A DNA stretch of 51,160 nt, the filler included, from Sphacelaria rigidula (Eukaryota): assembly GCA_964200075.2 (NCBI GenBank). It is 3 parts of 3 records of this genome, joined end to end, with 100 filler letters (N's around TTAATTAATTAA, not from the genome) between each part and the next. Parts side by side here need not be neighbours in the genome. Positions count along the whole stretch, not along the records: positions 1 to 16,994 come from CAXNAA020001195.1; 2 more parts are not named here. One strand, written 5' to 3'. The translations under genes were made by a program, and so were the position numbers. The number at the start of each line of letters is the position of its first letter. The first letter of the stretch is position 1. Under the pieces are notes generated by a model. The model saw only the letters and a program-made list of their open reading frames with translations, ran no database searches and was not told the origin of the DNA. Of this stretch, positions 1 to 12,800 are shown in pieces.

Positions 1-114
1 GAAGACGCACTTTTCAAAACAAGGCACCGCCAAAACCTAACCCCGGGAATTGTTAAATGACCGACCCCCCCCCCCACCCCCCCCCCCGAATTCAAAACTT
101 AAGTCCTCAACATA

Positions 115-3100
115 TTGAACATGAAGGGGGGGTGGAAGGAGCACCCTGGGCTTGTGTATAACACGGCTCGGGAAGCAGCGGAGGCATGGAAGACGGTGAA
201 AGCGGCGGATAAGCAGCGCCGTCAGCAGCCGCAGCTGAAACAAAGGAGTGGCAGTGGGACTTCCGGAAGCAAGCGCCAACCAAATGGTGGGAAAACGGAG
301 AGCAGTGGAAATGAGACTGCCAGTTTCTGGAAAACCCGTACACCAGGACCAACTATGCAGGATGTTTCATACGTGGAGACAAGGGCCATTTCCGGAAGGA
401 TTGCAAGCAGCAAGGCCAGGCTTCTGCTTCACAAGGTAGTGACGATGGGCAGACGAAGGCCGGCGACAAGCAGCAACAACAACAGCAGCTGTCGCAGGGC
501 CCTGGACAGGTGCCTCACGGAGGGGGCACGAGGCCCGCCCCTACAAGGGCTGTCTATTCAGCCGATGGACATAGTGCTCCCAGCGGGGGGGCGACGTTGC
601 CACCAGAACCGGTCGCTTCTACTGGTGGCGTGCAGCAGACCATCTCATCGCACTCGTTCCCGGGTTCAAACTCTGCGGCGGTGCCAGCATGGAGATCGCT
701 CAAAGCGGGTGAGGTGTCAGGTTTTCAATCCGAGGGTCTGCAAGTAGATAACAAAGAAAGGTGGTGTCTTGCCGACTTGTCTGTCCCGAGTGCAGGGGCA
801 AAGGGTGTTTGTCCGGTCACGGCTATTTTAGATTCAGGATCTGGACTTACGACCATATCAGCTGTTGTGGCGGCGAAATTGCAAGCCATGTTGCTAGATG
901 TTCAAGTGGTGAGACCGATGGCTGGTGAACAGTTGGTGAAATTGGCAAATGGCAATGTTGAGCGCGTGAAGCAGAAAACTTGCCCTGTCCACACCGCTTT
1001 GCACACCAGCTGGGGTCCGGTTGTATTGAACCCATGCTCTTATGCGGTCATGCCGGGTACCGATGATGTCATAATCATGGGGAGCCCTATGCTAGAGGAG
1101 CTTCGTATCGACGTGTACAGTAGTTTAGGTGCCTATGCGCGGGCGAGAAATACTTCGGTGCGTGGTGTAGACACGCCTGAATTCAAGGATTGTCGACGTA
1201 TCAACATCGCGGTTGAGGCTCTGCAGCACCAAGGTGATCGGGAGGAGCCCGTGGATCCCTCAGTCGAGCGGTTGGTGTCGCGCGGTCCGGAGATGAGTAT
1301 GACCCCCGAACAAGAGCTGGCTGAGCGTAAGGTCGCGCTGGAGGAGGCGGTACTAGCAGCTGCCAATAATGGTATGTCTGAGAGCGGCGTGGGCAAGCTT
1401 CGCGAGCTTGTAAACCGCCGTGCGCATGCTTTTCGGCGAGCGCGACGTGGTGATCCGCCCGCTCGTGTCGGGCCTCTCACGGTGACATCTAAACCTGGTG
1501 CTACGGCGGTTAAGGCTAGGCCGCGAGCGTACTCTCCGATTAAGATGGTATGGTTGGCAAGTTGCATGGCGACGTTGGTGGCGCTCGGGCTCGTGTATCG
1601 CAGTTCGCAGGCAGTATGGGCGAGCGCGGCTGTTGAAACGCCTAAAAAAGGCGGTTTCAGACTGATGAGTGATTACCATTCCGTTAATAAGCAGATTGAG
1701 AAAGTTCCAACTGTGATGCCAAACCAAGAAGCGGAGATGGCGGATTTGTTAGGGGCTGCTTGTTTTGGAAAGTTAGACATGCTGCATGGATACTGGCAGA
1801 TGCCGTTGGCGGCAGATGCCCAATAAATCTTCACTATCGCAACCCCTGACGGGTTATTTACGCCTACGCGCGTGCCTCAAGGAGTACTCAACGCTACGGG
1901 GTATTTTCAGGGCACTATGACGAAGATTTTGACTGGACTTCCATGTAAGGTGTGGGTCGATGACATCTTGTGGTGGGGGGCAAATGAAGATGACTTGCTG
2001 TGCACGATGAATGCGATTTTAAGCCGCCTCGAGGATGCTGGTCTTTTTGCGGCTGCACACAAGTGTATGTTTTATGATACGCAAATTACGTGGTGAGGAA
2101 AGGTTCTCTCGGGTGGGCAGGTGGCTCACGACAGGGAGCGGCTGAGCGATTTGGCGAATATGAGGCGTCCTCAAGCCGCGGGCGAGTTGACGCAATTTTT
2201 GCAAGCCGTGAATTGGTTGCGGACGTCTCTTCCGCGCCTTGCTGAAGTGGTGGAGTCACTTCGTCTCCTGCTCGAGGAGCATATGGTGGGCAACGTGCGC
2301 CGTACAAAGCGGGTTGCTTCAAACAGGACAATTAAGGAGGCGGCGTGGACGTTTGAGCGTGCGTCAGCTTGGACAGCCGCGGAAGATTTGGTGGCACATG
2401 CTGTTGCTCTGTCACATACTAAGGAGGGCTACGAGATGATGATGTTTCCAGACGCGTCGGATCTTCATTGGGGTAGCTTCGTGACCCAGGTACCGAGAGC
2501 TGAATTGAACCGCAATATAGCGGTAGAGGACATGAGTCATGAGCCCCTGGGACTTCTTAGTGGGACGTTCCGAGGAGCGCAGTTGCGGTGGGCTACGGTG
2601 GACAAGGGAGGATATGCCATCGTGAGTACATTCCGTAGGTTGGAGTTCCTTTCGTGGGGAGGAGTGACCATATTTACGGACCATCGCAATCTCGCTTATA
2701 TTTTTGATCCCGAAGCACGTGTGATCACACTGGCGAAAACTTCCGCCCAGCGCCTTGAACAATGGAAGACTGTAATCGAGCAGTATGATCATTCAATCAG
2801 ACATATTTCTGGGGAGCGTAACTGCTGGGGAGATCTACTGTCCCGGTGGGTGAACGTTCCAGCGGTATCCGTGAGAGCCATCGCTGTTTTTGCAAGTGGA
2901 GAACCTGATGAGACGCTACCGTCGAAAGAGGCCCTTCGTGCAGCCCAAGAGCAAGCCCGTGAGGGGTTAGGAGGTATGGTTGATGGGGCCGAGACGTTTA
3001 CTGCTGCTGTTGGGCGTGTCTTCAAAGACGGTGAGGGTTTGTTTCGCGTGCATTGCAGGGAGGGATGTACTGTGGATCCCGCCGGAAGCGAAAGAACTAC

Positions 3101-4500
3101 AAACATGCTTGATGGTACGTACTCACAGGAAAGGGGCTGGTCACCGAGGGGTTGTGGCAACTTTACAGCGCCTACAAGAGTATTGTTGTTGGTTCCGGAT
3201 GAAGACTCCTGTGACTGAGTTTGTGAAGCAGTGCCTGCACTGTTTGGATTCCAAGGGGGGGGAGATGGTCCCGCGTCCCTTCGGGGAGACGGTGCATGGC
3301 ACCCGCCCAGGGGAGGTGCTGCATTTTGATTTTCTCTACGTTGGCGAGAGTGGCCCCCTGGGAAATAGTGGCTTGGACGAAGGAGACGGGTTCAAGTATA
3401 TATCAATCATGATGGACGATTTCAGCAACTTCGTGTGGTTGGAGCCCGCGGAGTCTTGTACGGCGGCGACGACGGTGAAGCATCCGTTGACATGGTGCAA
3501 AACGCTGGGGTCGCCGGAGGTATGGGTCAGCGATACGGCATCGCATTTCAAGAATCGTGTAATGAGAGCGCTTGAGAAGGCGCTGAAGTTGGATCGCCGA
3601 TTCGCGGTTGCTAACTCGCCATGGTCCAATGGCACCTGTGAGCGAATGATGCATGAGATTGTTCGTATCTTGAAGGCAATGTTGCAAGAGGAAAGGCGTG
3701 ATGTCCGTGAATGGATGAGTTTGGTACCTGAAGTGCAGTGGGCATTGAACACTGCTTTCCGAGAGCGTTATGCTAGCACGCCATACCATGTTATGTTTGG
3801 CCGGGCACCGTGCACCAGTTTCTCTACTCTGGCATCGTCAACTGGGGGCGAATGGAGCGTCGATGTGCTTGACGAAGACGCTTTGAGGCGACAGGTGACG
3901 TCAATCGTTGAGGCTCAGCAAGAGTTGCACAAGAAGGTGGCGCAGCGTGTCAACAAGAATTGCGATCTACAGAGACGTGTGGCTAGTAAGGGGAAGCTTC
4001 ATTACCTTGTGGCGGGCGATTACGTGCTGGCGGCGAGGGTGAGGCGTTCGGGAACTACGCCGAAACTTGTGAGTACGTAGACGGGGCCTTGGCGGATTGT
4101 GACGGCGGAACAACACCATGTGTACGGGGTACAGAACATTGTGAGTGGCGAGGTACAGGATGTGCATGTCGCCCGCCTTCGATTTTATGCGGACAAGGAG
4201 CTGAAGATTACGGCTGATGTTAAGGAGGTGTTCCAGTATGATTTTGCACAAGGCGAGTTCGAGATGGCGCCTACTGTCGGTATATCTGAGGACGAAGCAG
4301 GAGATGGGTTTTGTGTACAAGTGGAATGGGTCGGATTTGGCCAAGATGAAAACTCGTGGGAGCCTCTGGAAAATATTTTGGACGGAGCCCCGCAATTTGT
4401 AGAGTCTGAGCTGCGTAAGTTGGGACTGAGTAAAACGGTGCGAGTACGTTTGCTTTTGAGAGAATGCTATGCGTGGAAATTACCGTTGAAGAATGGTTGA
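115..4500 (+). pseudogene. Gypsy gag-pol pseudogene
   Basis: Motifs: degenerate knuckle CFIRGDKGHFRKDC (from 363, in the pol frame), protease ILDSGSG, RT LDMLHGYWQ / MPQG / VWVDD, RNase H FPDAS...FTDHRNL...NCWGDLLSR, integrase H-H-CxxC plus HFDF / VSDTASHF / SNGTCERM, chromodomain VEWVGFGQDENSWEPLENI. Lesions: in-frame stops at 1824, 2094 and 4078, and frameshifts near 340 and 3055. Confidence 0.93.
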
Positions 4501-4597
4501 CTTCCCTGAGTTCGCTTGAGACATTGTCTTTGAGTGTCGATGTTCAGGGTTGTGTACGTTATCATTTCTCTGTGGAACGTGACAGTAAAAGGTCGTG

Positions 4598-5878
4598 TGT
4601 CACTACCGGGGGGACAAAGGTAGCACACGTGATAGTCGGTGTCTACTGTTTTGTCAAACTCGCGCTCTACTTCGAGTAGTGCGGAGTTTTGGGGGATGCT
4701 GTAGAGTAGTCCACCTCCAGTACACGTACGTGCAGGTTCATGGTAATATACAAGAGGTTCATGGTGATATACAAGTGGAACAATCTGCTGTAGGCGTTTA
4801 CTGTTGGTTGACGGACTTGCGGGTCTGATCGGCAGACTATGTGGATTTGAACATCACATGCTTCACGCATGTGGTTACTTCCGATAACGAAGACTGTGTG
4901 TTCATGACTAACAACTGTCTTGAAGTCTCCAAGCCCTAGTGAGGGAGGAAGCCCTTGGAGCAGTCTTGTGACCTTGTTCTGAGTCCAGGAGGGCTCTATA
5001 GAGTGTTTGCTATTGTTAGAACAGCCACGGACGGGTTGAGATATTTCACATCAGACGGGGACTCGGTGCAGGGGAAAGACACACACGTCTCATTCACCGT
5101 GCACCGAGAGAAGAGGGGGAAAAGCAAGGTAGTTTGCGGAACAAGTCCCGTCACCGCACATGGTAGGCATGGGGAGTGTACCTGGGGGTATGTTGCGCAT
5201 ATGTAGAGAGAGCATTTTTCCTCTCGAGAGCAGCAATACTTGAGCCCACTGACAGACTGTGCTATCATGTGCTTCATGTTTATGACCGTGCTTTTCGCGC
5301 CGATGGCGTTTGTGCGTGTGCGCCGTGAGCACAATGCACGATCGCTTCTTGTCGACGAATGTTTGAGAGATATACTGACTATACAGTTTCCCATCGGCAG
5401 TCAAGTGCGCGCGAGGCTCACCGTTTTGGGACAAATGGCTACCAAGTGGACTGGACGCGTAAGCCTCTCGCACATGCGATTCGACGGGAAGTAATCACTC
5501 ACATTTACTATGCGCCCGCACGGCGATTTGTCCGCCCCATTAATTACCAAATTGAATCGTATCAGTGTATTTGTCTTTTCCCTGCAGAGTTGGCACCGGA
5601 GGGTCCTGCCATGACCTTGCTGTTTTTGCAGCATCATTTCCTAGAGCCCTGGCAGGGGCCTGTCGGGGTGCTCGAGCCCGGTTCTAGTCTTCAGCTTGGC
5701 TTCGTCTTTTCTCTTCATTTCATTCCTTTTCTAGTTTTCTCTGTTCGTTTCCATCTCGTCGTTTCCATATACCTCATTTTGTCCGGTCTCCCAACGTGCG
5801 TGCTTCCGTATACATGCTGTGAGTAGGTCCATCTTCGGACTACGGCCAGAGTCGTAGCGATTCAGGTAGCGTGTGACA
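4598..5878 (+). repeat. Putative 3' LTR of the Gypsy element
   Basis: TGTCAC at 4598 and GTGACA at 5873-5878 form inverted termini. An alternative start is TGTAG at 4700, after a G-rich tract. It contains a 21-bp tandem duplication near 4735-4775. The 5' LTR is not in the window, so this cannot be confirmed. Confidence 0.4.
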
Positions 5879-8800
5879 ACCGATCAATCGATCAATCTAC
5901 TAGGTTGTGAATATTGTACTTGCAATGTTGACTTCACTGTGATCGTCTGTTTCTGTGCGAATGCCAAGTCGAGCTTTAGAGGGTGTGAGTCAAGCGTATG
6001 AATTGTTGCCGTCGATTGCCACTGCCACTCTCAGTATATCTAGAGGACGCAGGACGTCTGGTTTCATCGCCTAACCCACCGCGAAAAAAACGCATTGTCT
6101 TTAGTTGTTTTGCCTCACGACTTGGAGTGTACGGTGCGCGATTTTCGTTTCTCTCGTGAGATGTGCATGAGCTCGAATGCATGTTGACATAAAGTACCCG
6201 GAAAAAACGCGCACGTTTATGCACCATAGGGTGTATATGAAGATGCGATTTTGCTTTACTTCAGGGGAGGTTGCCTAAAGAGTCTTATCCAATCCATGCG
6301 ACTTATTACATGCTCTGATATAATGCTTCCGAAATGATCACCTGCAGGATGACGATACGATTGCCAGAGATACGCCTGGTGTGGCAGTAGGAGTAAACAG
6401 GGCACCGAACTACAACATGAGCGGTAACCGTTTGCCAGTATAGTGCCAAGTATTCCATACTCAATTGAATCGTGATGTAGGAACTAGGCAGCGGGTCAAC
6501 AAACAGGTGATCCCCTGCAAGACACTGACTTGTTGTCCTGTTTTGAGAAAGAATATCTCCCCAAAGCTAAATGCTACAGATGCGCAAGTGTGCACTTTGT
6601 TGCTGAGTTAATTTCTAGTTCCTTGGACAGTACCTGCACGTTGGATTAATACTGCGCAAGTTAAAGTGCGACAATCAATCAATCAAGTCCACTTGGCGGG
6701 GTATGCCTGTTCACAGAATGTGATTGTCAAGTTGCATTTCTGCTGCACGGGGCTTGAATACTGATGTTCACTACTACCTCCCTCGCTGCTCCTGTTCCCT
6801 CGAGCCTGCACGTCTTGTCAGGTTTCGACCCCCGACAAAGCTCCATGCCTTTAGGTGCAACCCTAGAATGGATAAAATGTGCATGACTCTAAAGCGATGT
6901 CGGTCGGTACTCAGTGAAAAAACGATAAATTCGAACCCTGCTGAAAGGTTCGTTGGCTCGTGGTGTCTCTTCGAGAGCATTCCAAACTTCCCCCGTAACT
7001 GGGAGAGGAGGACGGCACTTGCTTGCTGTTGTGGTGAGCACGAGGTCAGGCGATGTTGCTGAGCAAGTACTGGTGTGATTGAGTGCTTGTTGAGGGCGAT
7101 TGCAGCTTCTTCTTGTGTGGTTTTGTAATCATGTTTGTGCTGCTGTTCGCGCATCACGTATGGCGGCGAAGCGAGTACGATCGTATTCCGTGTGCTGGGT
7201 GGAATATTGGCGTACACGTGGATGTTTGAGATCGGTGTGTTGTGGTACTCTGGTGAGCACACACGATGCATGGTGCTTCCCGCGAGGAAGACCGCATTGC
7301 ATGTACTCGGTGAAATGTTGGCGTGCATATGAGGATTTTTAGCTATAGAATATTACTAGTGTGCATGGCATGTGGCGAAGCGTCAGGGTGCGGCAATTTC
7401 AATATACTGCTGTACGCTGGATGAGGTGAAGCTAGTATGTTGCTGTTCGCACAGAAATGCGGCGGAATTCTCTCTGTGCCGATACGCGCATTGACTGCAG
7501 GAAATGTTTATTGTATCTGTTGACGTGAGGGTGAGCGGAAAGCACGAAATGCGTAGGCTCGCATGTGAGCCGGTGTAACGCGCGTGATTCTCGTGGTTGG
7601 AGACGGAGAAATGGTGCGCGCATGCGTCAGTGATGTTCAACCGTGGAACGTCCCTGGTAAAATGTCACGTGTTCGAACGAGCACGTGAATGGTGTATTTG
7701 TCTGAAAGGAGCGGTGCCGGCGAGCTGAGGCATGATCCGCGTTGTACATCTCGGTTAATGGATAGGATGTCACGGTCCTAAATCCAGGTGCAATATTATA
7801 CCTGAGTGTTGTCTACGGCGCACATGATAAATCCAGTTCGAAAATTGTATCACTGCGGGTAGTCAATGATGGTGGAGGTCGCGGGTCGTTCGCTGTTGTT
7901 GGATTGGAACGCACGGCTTAAATAGTGGTTTGAGTCATGGCTTTCTTATCATTGTTTATATAGATGAATTGACGAAATGAAGCTTCATGGAGGAGAGGTG
8001 TGCAATGTATACGTCTTCACACCGTTGAACAGCCGAGAGGTCAGCTACGCGTTAGACGTGTTGGATACTTTATTTAATCCTAGCTTGAGGATTATGTTTC
8101 GGCTTGCTGCTGCACTCCGTTGCGTAGGTGTTGAACGTACGAATGGGCATTCTGCGTGTTGAGAAGTATCTTGGCTCGAAAAAGATAAACGAATGTTCAC
8201 CAACGCTTAGGAAATCGACGTTTGTTGACGTTTGAGGGTTTATTTGCTGGGTTTGAATCAAGTCACCTGTTTGGGGCATAGATTCGGGAGTTTGGCATCG
8301 GCCATCGCTCCGAAACTCGGAGTGTTGCAAGTGTTGGGACTATCGTGGATTGCTTGTTAATGATGGACGTTTTGGGTCTTTTGCGACTTGTTCGGAAATG
8401 GAATAAGCTTGTATGGACCTGCCATCGTATACGGCGGCAGCGAATGCATATCTCTGTGGAAACGAACGGAAGTACTAAGCAACTATGATGTCTGAGCTTG
8501 TCAACTCTAGTTTGGCTACTCGTTGGCAGTACGCAAGCTTCGGGGGTACTGCAGACCCCGGTCACCATTGTTGCCTAGGTTAGGTACACAGTGCAGTCGC
8601 GATAGTGTATAGCAGGCACGCTTACGGCCGGTTGATGGATTGGGGGTCTGCGGGTATGATCTGTTGACTCTGTGAGTATTTTATCTCGATTATCCAGGGT
8701 TGCTTCTTGATTCTGCGGGAGGAGCAGCGGGGGTGCTGTTGTCCGGTATAATGGACAGCTAGGGCTAATATATAAATAACTAGAGCTGCTGAACTCTACA

Positions 8801-9169
8801 AGACCACCATCGGAGGAGCCTCGTAGCTGAATGGTGTCGAGTCACAGAATCCCACAATTTTCTGCCGATGTGGCACTGGTCATGCCCGAACCACCGAAAC
8901 CCACGGAGCATTCAACAAACCCAAGGGTACAGCATTCAGTGTGTACCATAGTTTGCTAAGCACACTGTAGCATAGTAGGTAGCCCTTTATCTCGCATGCC
9001 TCTTGACGTGACGCCGCGTTTGTGACTATCACGTGATAGTGTAGGGGAAGCACCTGAATAAAGAATATGGCGGCTGGAGAAGTCATGCTATGCATCTTGA
9101 CACAACCACACTTGATCATCATCACCGATTTCTCCACCAAGTAAATATTGTCTCGTCACCCTCGCTCAC

Positions 9170-9822
9170 CAGTATGTAGTTGTACGGCATCAAAACCAAC
9201 TGGGATTGCCTGGCGAGAGCCTTTCCCGTGTAAAACGGGCATCCAAGCAGCGGTGGCAGAGCACCTTGTGCCCACTCCCCCCTTCCTCCCCGCCACGCCT
9301 GTGCACCCTCGTCTGCCGCCGACGCCGTCGATGCATCACCAGGAAACGCACTAGCCGCCGCCATTGCCACTGGCGACAGTCCCCGGCCGCCCCGCACGGC
9401 CGCTTCGCCCGCGGTCGCTGCCCCTTCCTGTGCACTCTCGACGCTTGTCGGCAGTCTGTTGCCGCCACGGACCCTGATTGCTTGACCCCCACCCTCATCG
9501 TCGGTGTCTGAGTCGAGACTGAGATCTATCGCCGCCGCCGCCGAGGACGCCGGGCGTGCCTTGTTATCACCATCTACAGGTCGAGAGCAGCCGCGACGAG
9601 CCCCATGACTACCCCCACCCCCTGCTCCACCGCCGCAACCGCCGCCGCAGCCACCTCCGCTGCCGCCGCTGGTACCGTCACCCCGTCCCGTATCCCCGGC
9701 CACGTTTGAAAAATTGTTGTTACTGCTGGTGCCACTTTTGTTCGACGATGCCATCCGCCTATGTTCCATGGAACCGCGGGGGTTTCGCCCGATAGCCTTG
9801 ATGTCTTCGATATCCGGCACGA
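9170..9822 (-). CDS. Helicase exon (VPDIEDI ... GCPFY ... PYNYIL) with Gly/Ala/Ser-rich insertion
   Basis: CAG acceptor (phase 1) and GTGAGC donor (phase 0). Conserved DIED, CPxY and PYNY motifs. Confidence 0.9.
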
Positions 9823-12800
9823 CTGTACTTGTCGAGACGAGAGTGGTATCCGGGGGCGGGGGGCAGGGGGCGCGGGTTGGCGCGGGTATGGAAAAGAAAC
9901 TTGCGAGGGTTGAGTGTTGCTCACCACCATATCTATGTCCAGCCTCATACGAGCAAAAACAATTTGGAACACCTATTACAACACCCACGGGGACAAACAG
10001 GGCACGGGGAGTGATGACAGCCAAGCCCTGCAATAGTGTTGCTTCTTCGTCTCTCTCGCACGCACTTCACATTCACGCACGGGTCAACACGAACTCTGGA
10101 TCAATATTCAGCTGCGTTGCGGGAGCACGGTGAATTCGGAAAGTTCACGGTGCTCCCACGTTGACCCACCATACACTCACAACGAAAGCGCACCGAGTAG
10201 AATACAAGAATGCAGGAAACAAAACACACCGTACAACCCGTCGGCCAACCCGACAGCAGGGCGAGCGAGCTTGTGCACGATCTCGGCGTAGCCCTCTGCG
10301 CCCATGAGGCGGTAGTGCATGCACCCAGCGTTTGCCTTGTCCCGAGCCGACAATGAGCTGCACACAGGGGAGTGGAACCGAAAAAGGTGAAATGAGCGAA
10401 GAAGGAACGCCCACGGGAGTTCTACAGGTCCCAGGTCCGTTGTGACGATCTCACGGGGACTGGGATGTTCGATTTTATGTTTTTTTCGCTCCGGGGTATT
10501 TGAAGCCGTTAGCCACCCGAACAAGAGTTGTTGCCACCGCGTGCCTGAGACATATTGCGTAACCTCAGCTGTGGAAATGGCTTGTCCGGTTCGCTAGGCT
10601 CCAAGATTTTGAAAATGGCCACTTGCCAAAAATCCAGCTTGTAGTGGAGAAATGTGGAGATAGAAAAAAAAAAAAATGTCACTTCGGAGAGCACATGTGC
10701 ACATGTCTTCGCTACCGTTTCAAGTTTTGTCAAGCAAACGTTTTCCTAACCTCGGAGCCCAGCGAACCACACAAGTGAGCGAGAAGTGGGGCGATGCGTA
10801 GTGGCCAAGAAGGTGGTTGGAGGCGACCTTTCCTGTGTCGGGGGCTGGCGATGTCTAATGCTGAAACATCCCAATCAGCAAGGAAGCCCACGAAAGCTCA
10901 AAAGCCGTGGTCTTGTATCAAGTTATTACATAATTGTGCTGAAGGAGACCGAAGAAAAACGCATGCTCGCAAGTTTTCCGATTTTGCCACTTGAATTATC
11001 ATTTTTGAATTCGGGGAATCTACGGCTGATAAGATAACGTGTGCAATGTGCGGGCAGGGTGGGCCTGTACGAAAGCGGTGCAATGCAGTGGGGCAAGCGA
11101 ATATGATAGGGTTGACCTTGGTGCAATTACAGGACCTCAGGAGAGCTTCATGATCGATTCCCTTCCGGGAAGTATACATTGACGGCTTCGCAAAACCAAC
11201 CACGCTTACTTACAAATTCAGAGCACCCCATCAGTCCTTTTTGTAGACTGCAGTTTTCGCTCATTCCTCAACAACGGGGATTTTTTTAATTTCCATCACT
11301 ATATAAATATGAAAGCAGTCTTGCGTGCCCTTGTACGAATGTTCTCGACAGAACAAGGACGAAAAAGTACCGACATATTCCGGAGCTACACCGCAATCGC
11401 CGCCCAATTTTCACGCGTAAAAGAGGCTGTTGACCTCGTTTTCCCCCTGGTGTGCTTATCGTCTTTCTCTGATCTTGCCTGCCGTCTAACGCAGCCAAGT
11501 CCAGAGATATGCTCGGGTTTGCATAGTTGTAGTCCTCAAATCCTCCACCAATCTTGGCCATTTTCCCGTTCTTCACCTGAGAGTCTACCTGAACGGGCAC
11601 GGCGAAACATATCCGTGCGTGCAATCGACGAACGTATAAAGTGGGGGACTACATATACACACATATATATATACATGAATTGTGCTAGCACACTTCACCA
11701 CTCGGGAGCTCAGCCAAATCCCTCTGCAGTAATACTGGATACCTGTTACCGATACGTTTTTGACTGACCCTTCTGGGAATATATTATAGCATGGTTGACA
11801 TTTCCCCACGGCTTCTCTGTTTTCTTTCCGCTCTCATTGATTTCCTTGCCCACCTTCTTCTTCGCCTCCCTTCTTCTCTGCTGAACCTAATACATCATGA
11901 GGCGCCCAACCCGAACATGGGAGGGTACGATGCCGACAGAACTGACCCTCCGACCACGAGACTCCGCAAGACTCAGTGGTCGTTGCCTGCTGCTCTTTTG
12001 GGTCGTAATCACTGTTGCAGTAGCCGACAGCCCCCTCGCTAGATTAACGTAAGGAGAAGCGGGAGCATAATTGACAAATCAGAAGCTAGTTGTGTGTTGC
12101 GGCGGGAAAGGCTCTCATTGACCCATCTCGTAGCTTTGCGACATATTATACCATTTCGCTAGCGACCGGGAGGCTGTTGGGGGACACAGGAGAGTGTGAT
12201 CCTGGTGGCGCAGTCGTCGCCACGTGCCCCCCCTCAATTGTCAAGATAAACTGCGTCGACCAAAACCATCGCACAAAGCACAATCGCACTCGCTACCTGT
12301 ACCCGACTTCGATCGCGGGAGAGGGGCACTGTCCTGTAACGAGCACTAGGACGGGACTGTCAGCGCGAAACTGCTGTTCCGAGATGAGGCTTCGGGGCGG
12401 AGCAGTTGAAAAGTCGTTGTGACTCTTGTGCGCAGACCAGCCAGGCCGAATTTGAAGGTCATCTTGGGCAACAGTTCTTTGGCTGTGCACGAACAACTCT
12501 TTTGTCGCACAAACTCGCACAGAATGACGACAAAGACAAAATAGCTGCGACGACAGCAGTTTATCGTCTGTCGAAACGCACCTCCATGCTGTTTCAAATT
12601 TTTCACACATACGACAGGGCACAATATAATCGAACAGCACAGAAGGGAGCAACCAATAACGGCGTACGGGTGCCGTTCTGCAACACGTCCCAAAACGCTC
12701 CGTCCTACAGTTGTGTCGATCTAGTTACTCGGCACGAGGCTCTTTTGGCCTCTTGCTCTGATTTTCCGGGAGCGCTGCACCGTACTTGTTCACATGAGGA

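Larger units (their letters stand above)
115..5878 (+). mobile_element. Decayed Ty3/Gypsy (chromovirus-type) LTR retrotransposon, 5'-truncated at the window start
   Basis: Domain order is gag Zn knuckle, protease, RT, RNase H, integrase, chromodomain, followed by about 1.3 kb of LTR-like non-coding sequence ending ...GTGTGACA at 5878. Confidence 0.93.

Noticed and set aside
847..4395. Antisense ORFs over the Gypsy pol, and likewise over the Copia and 40-42 kb ORFs
   Set aside because: Shadow ORFs of GC-rich coding sequence.
6335..6380. Minus-strand RISGNRIVILQ resembling the lead-in to helicase motif II
   Set aside because: No DEAH follows, and the splice phase does not fit.
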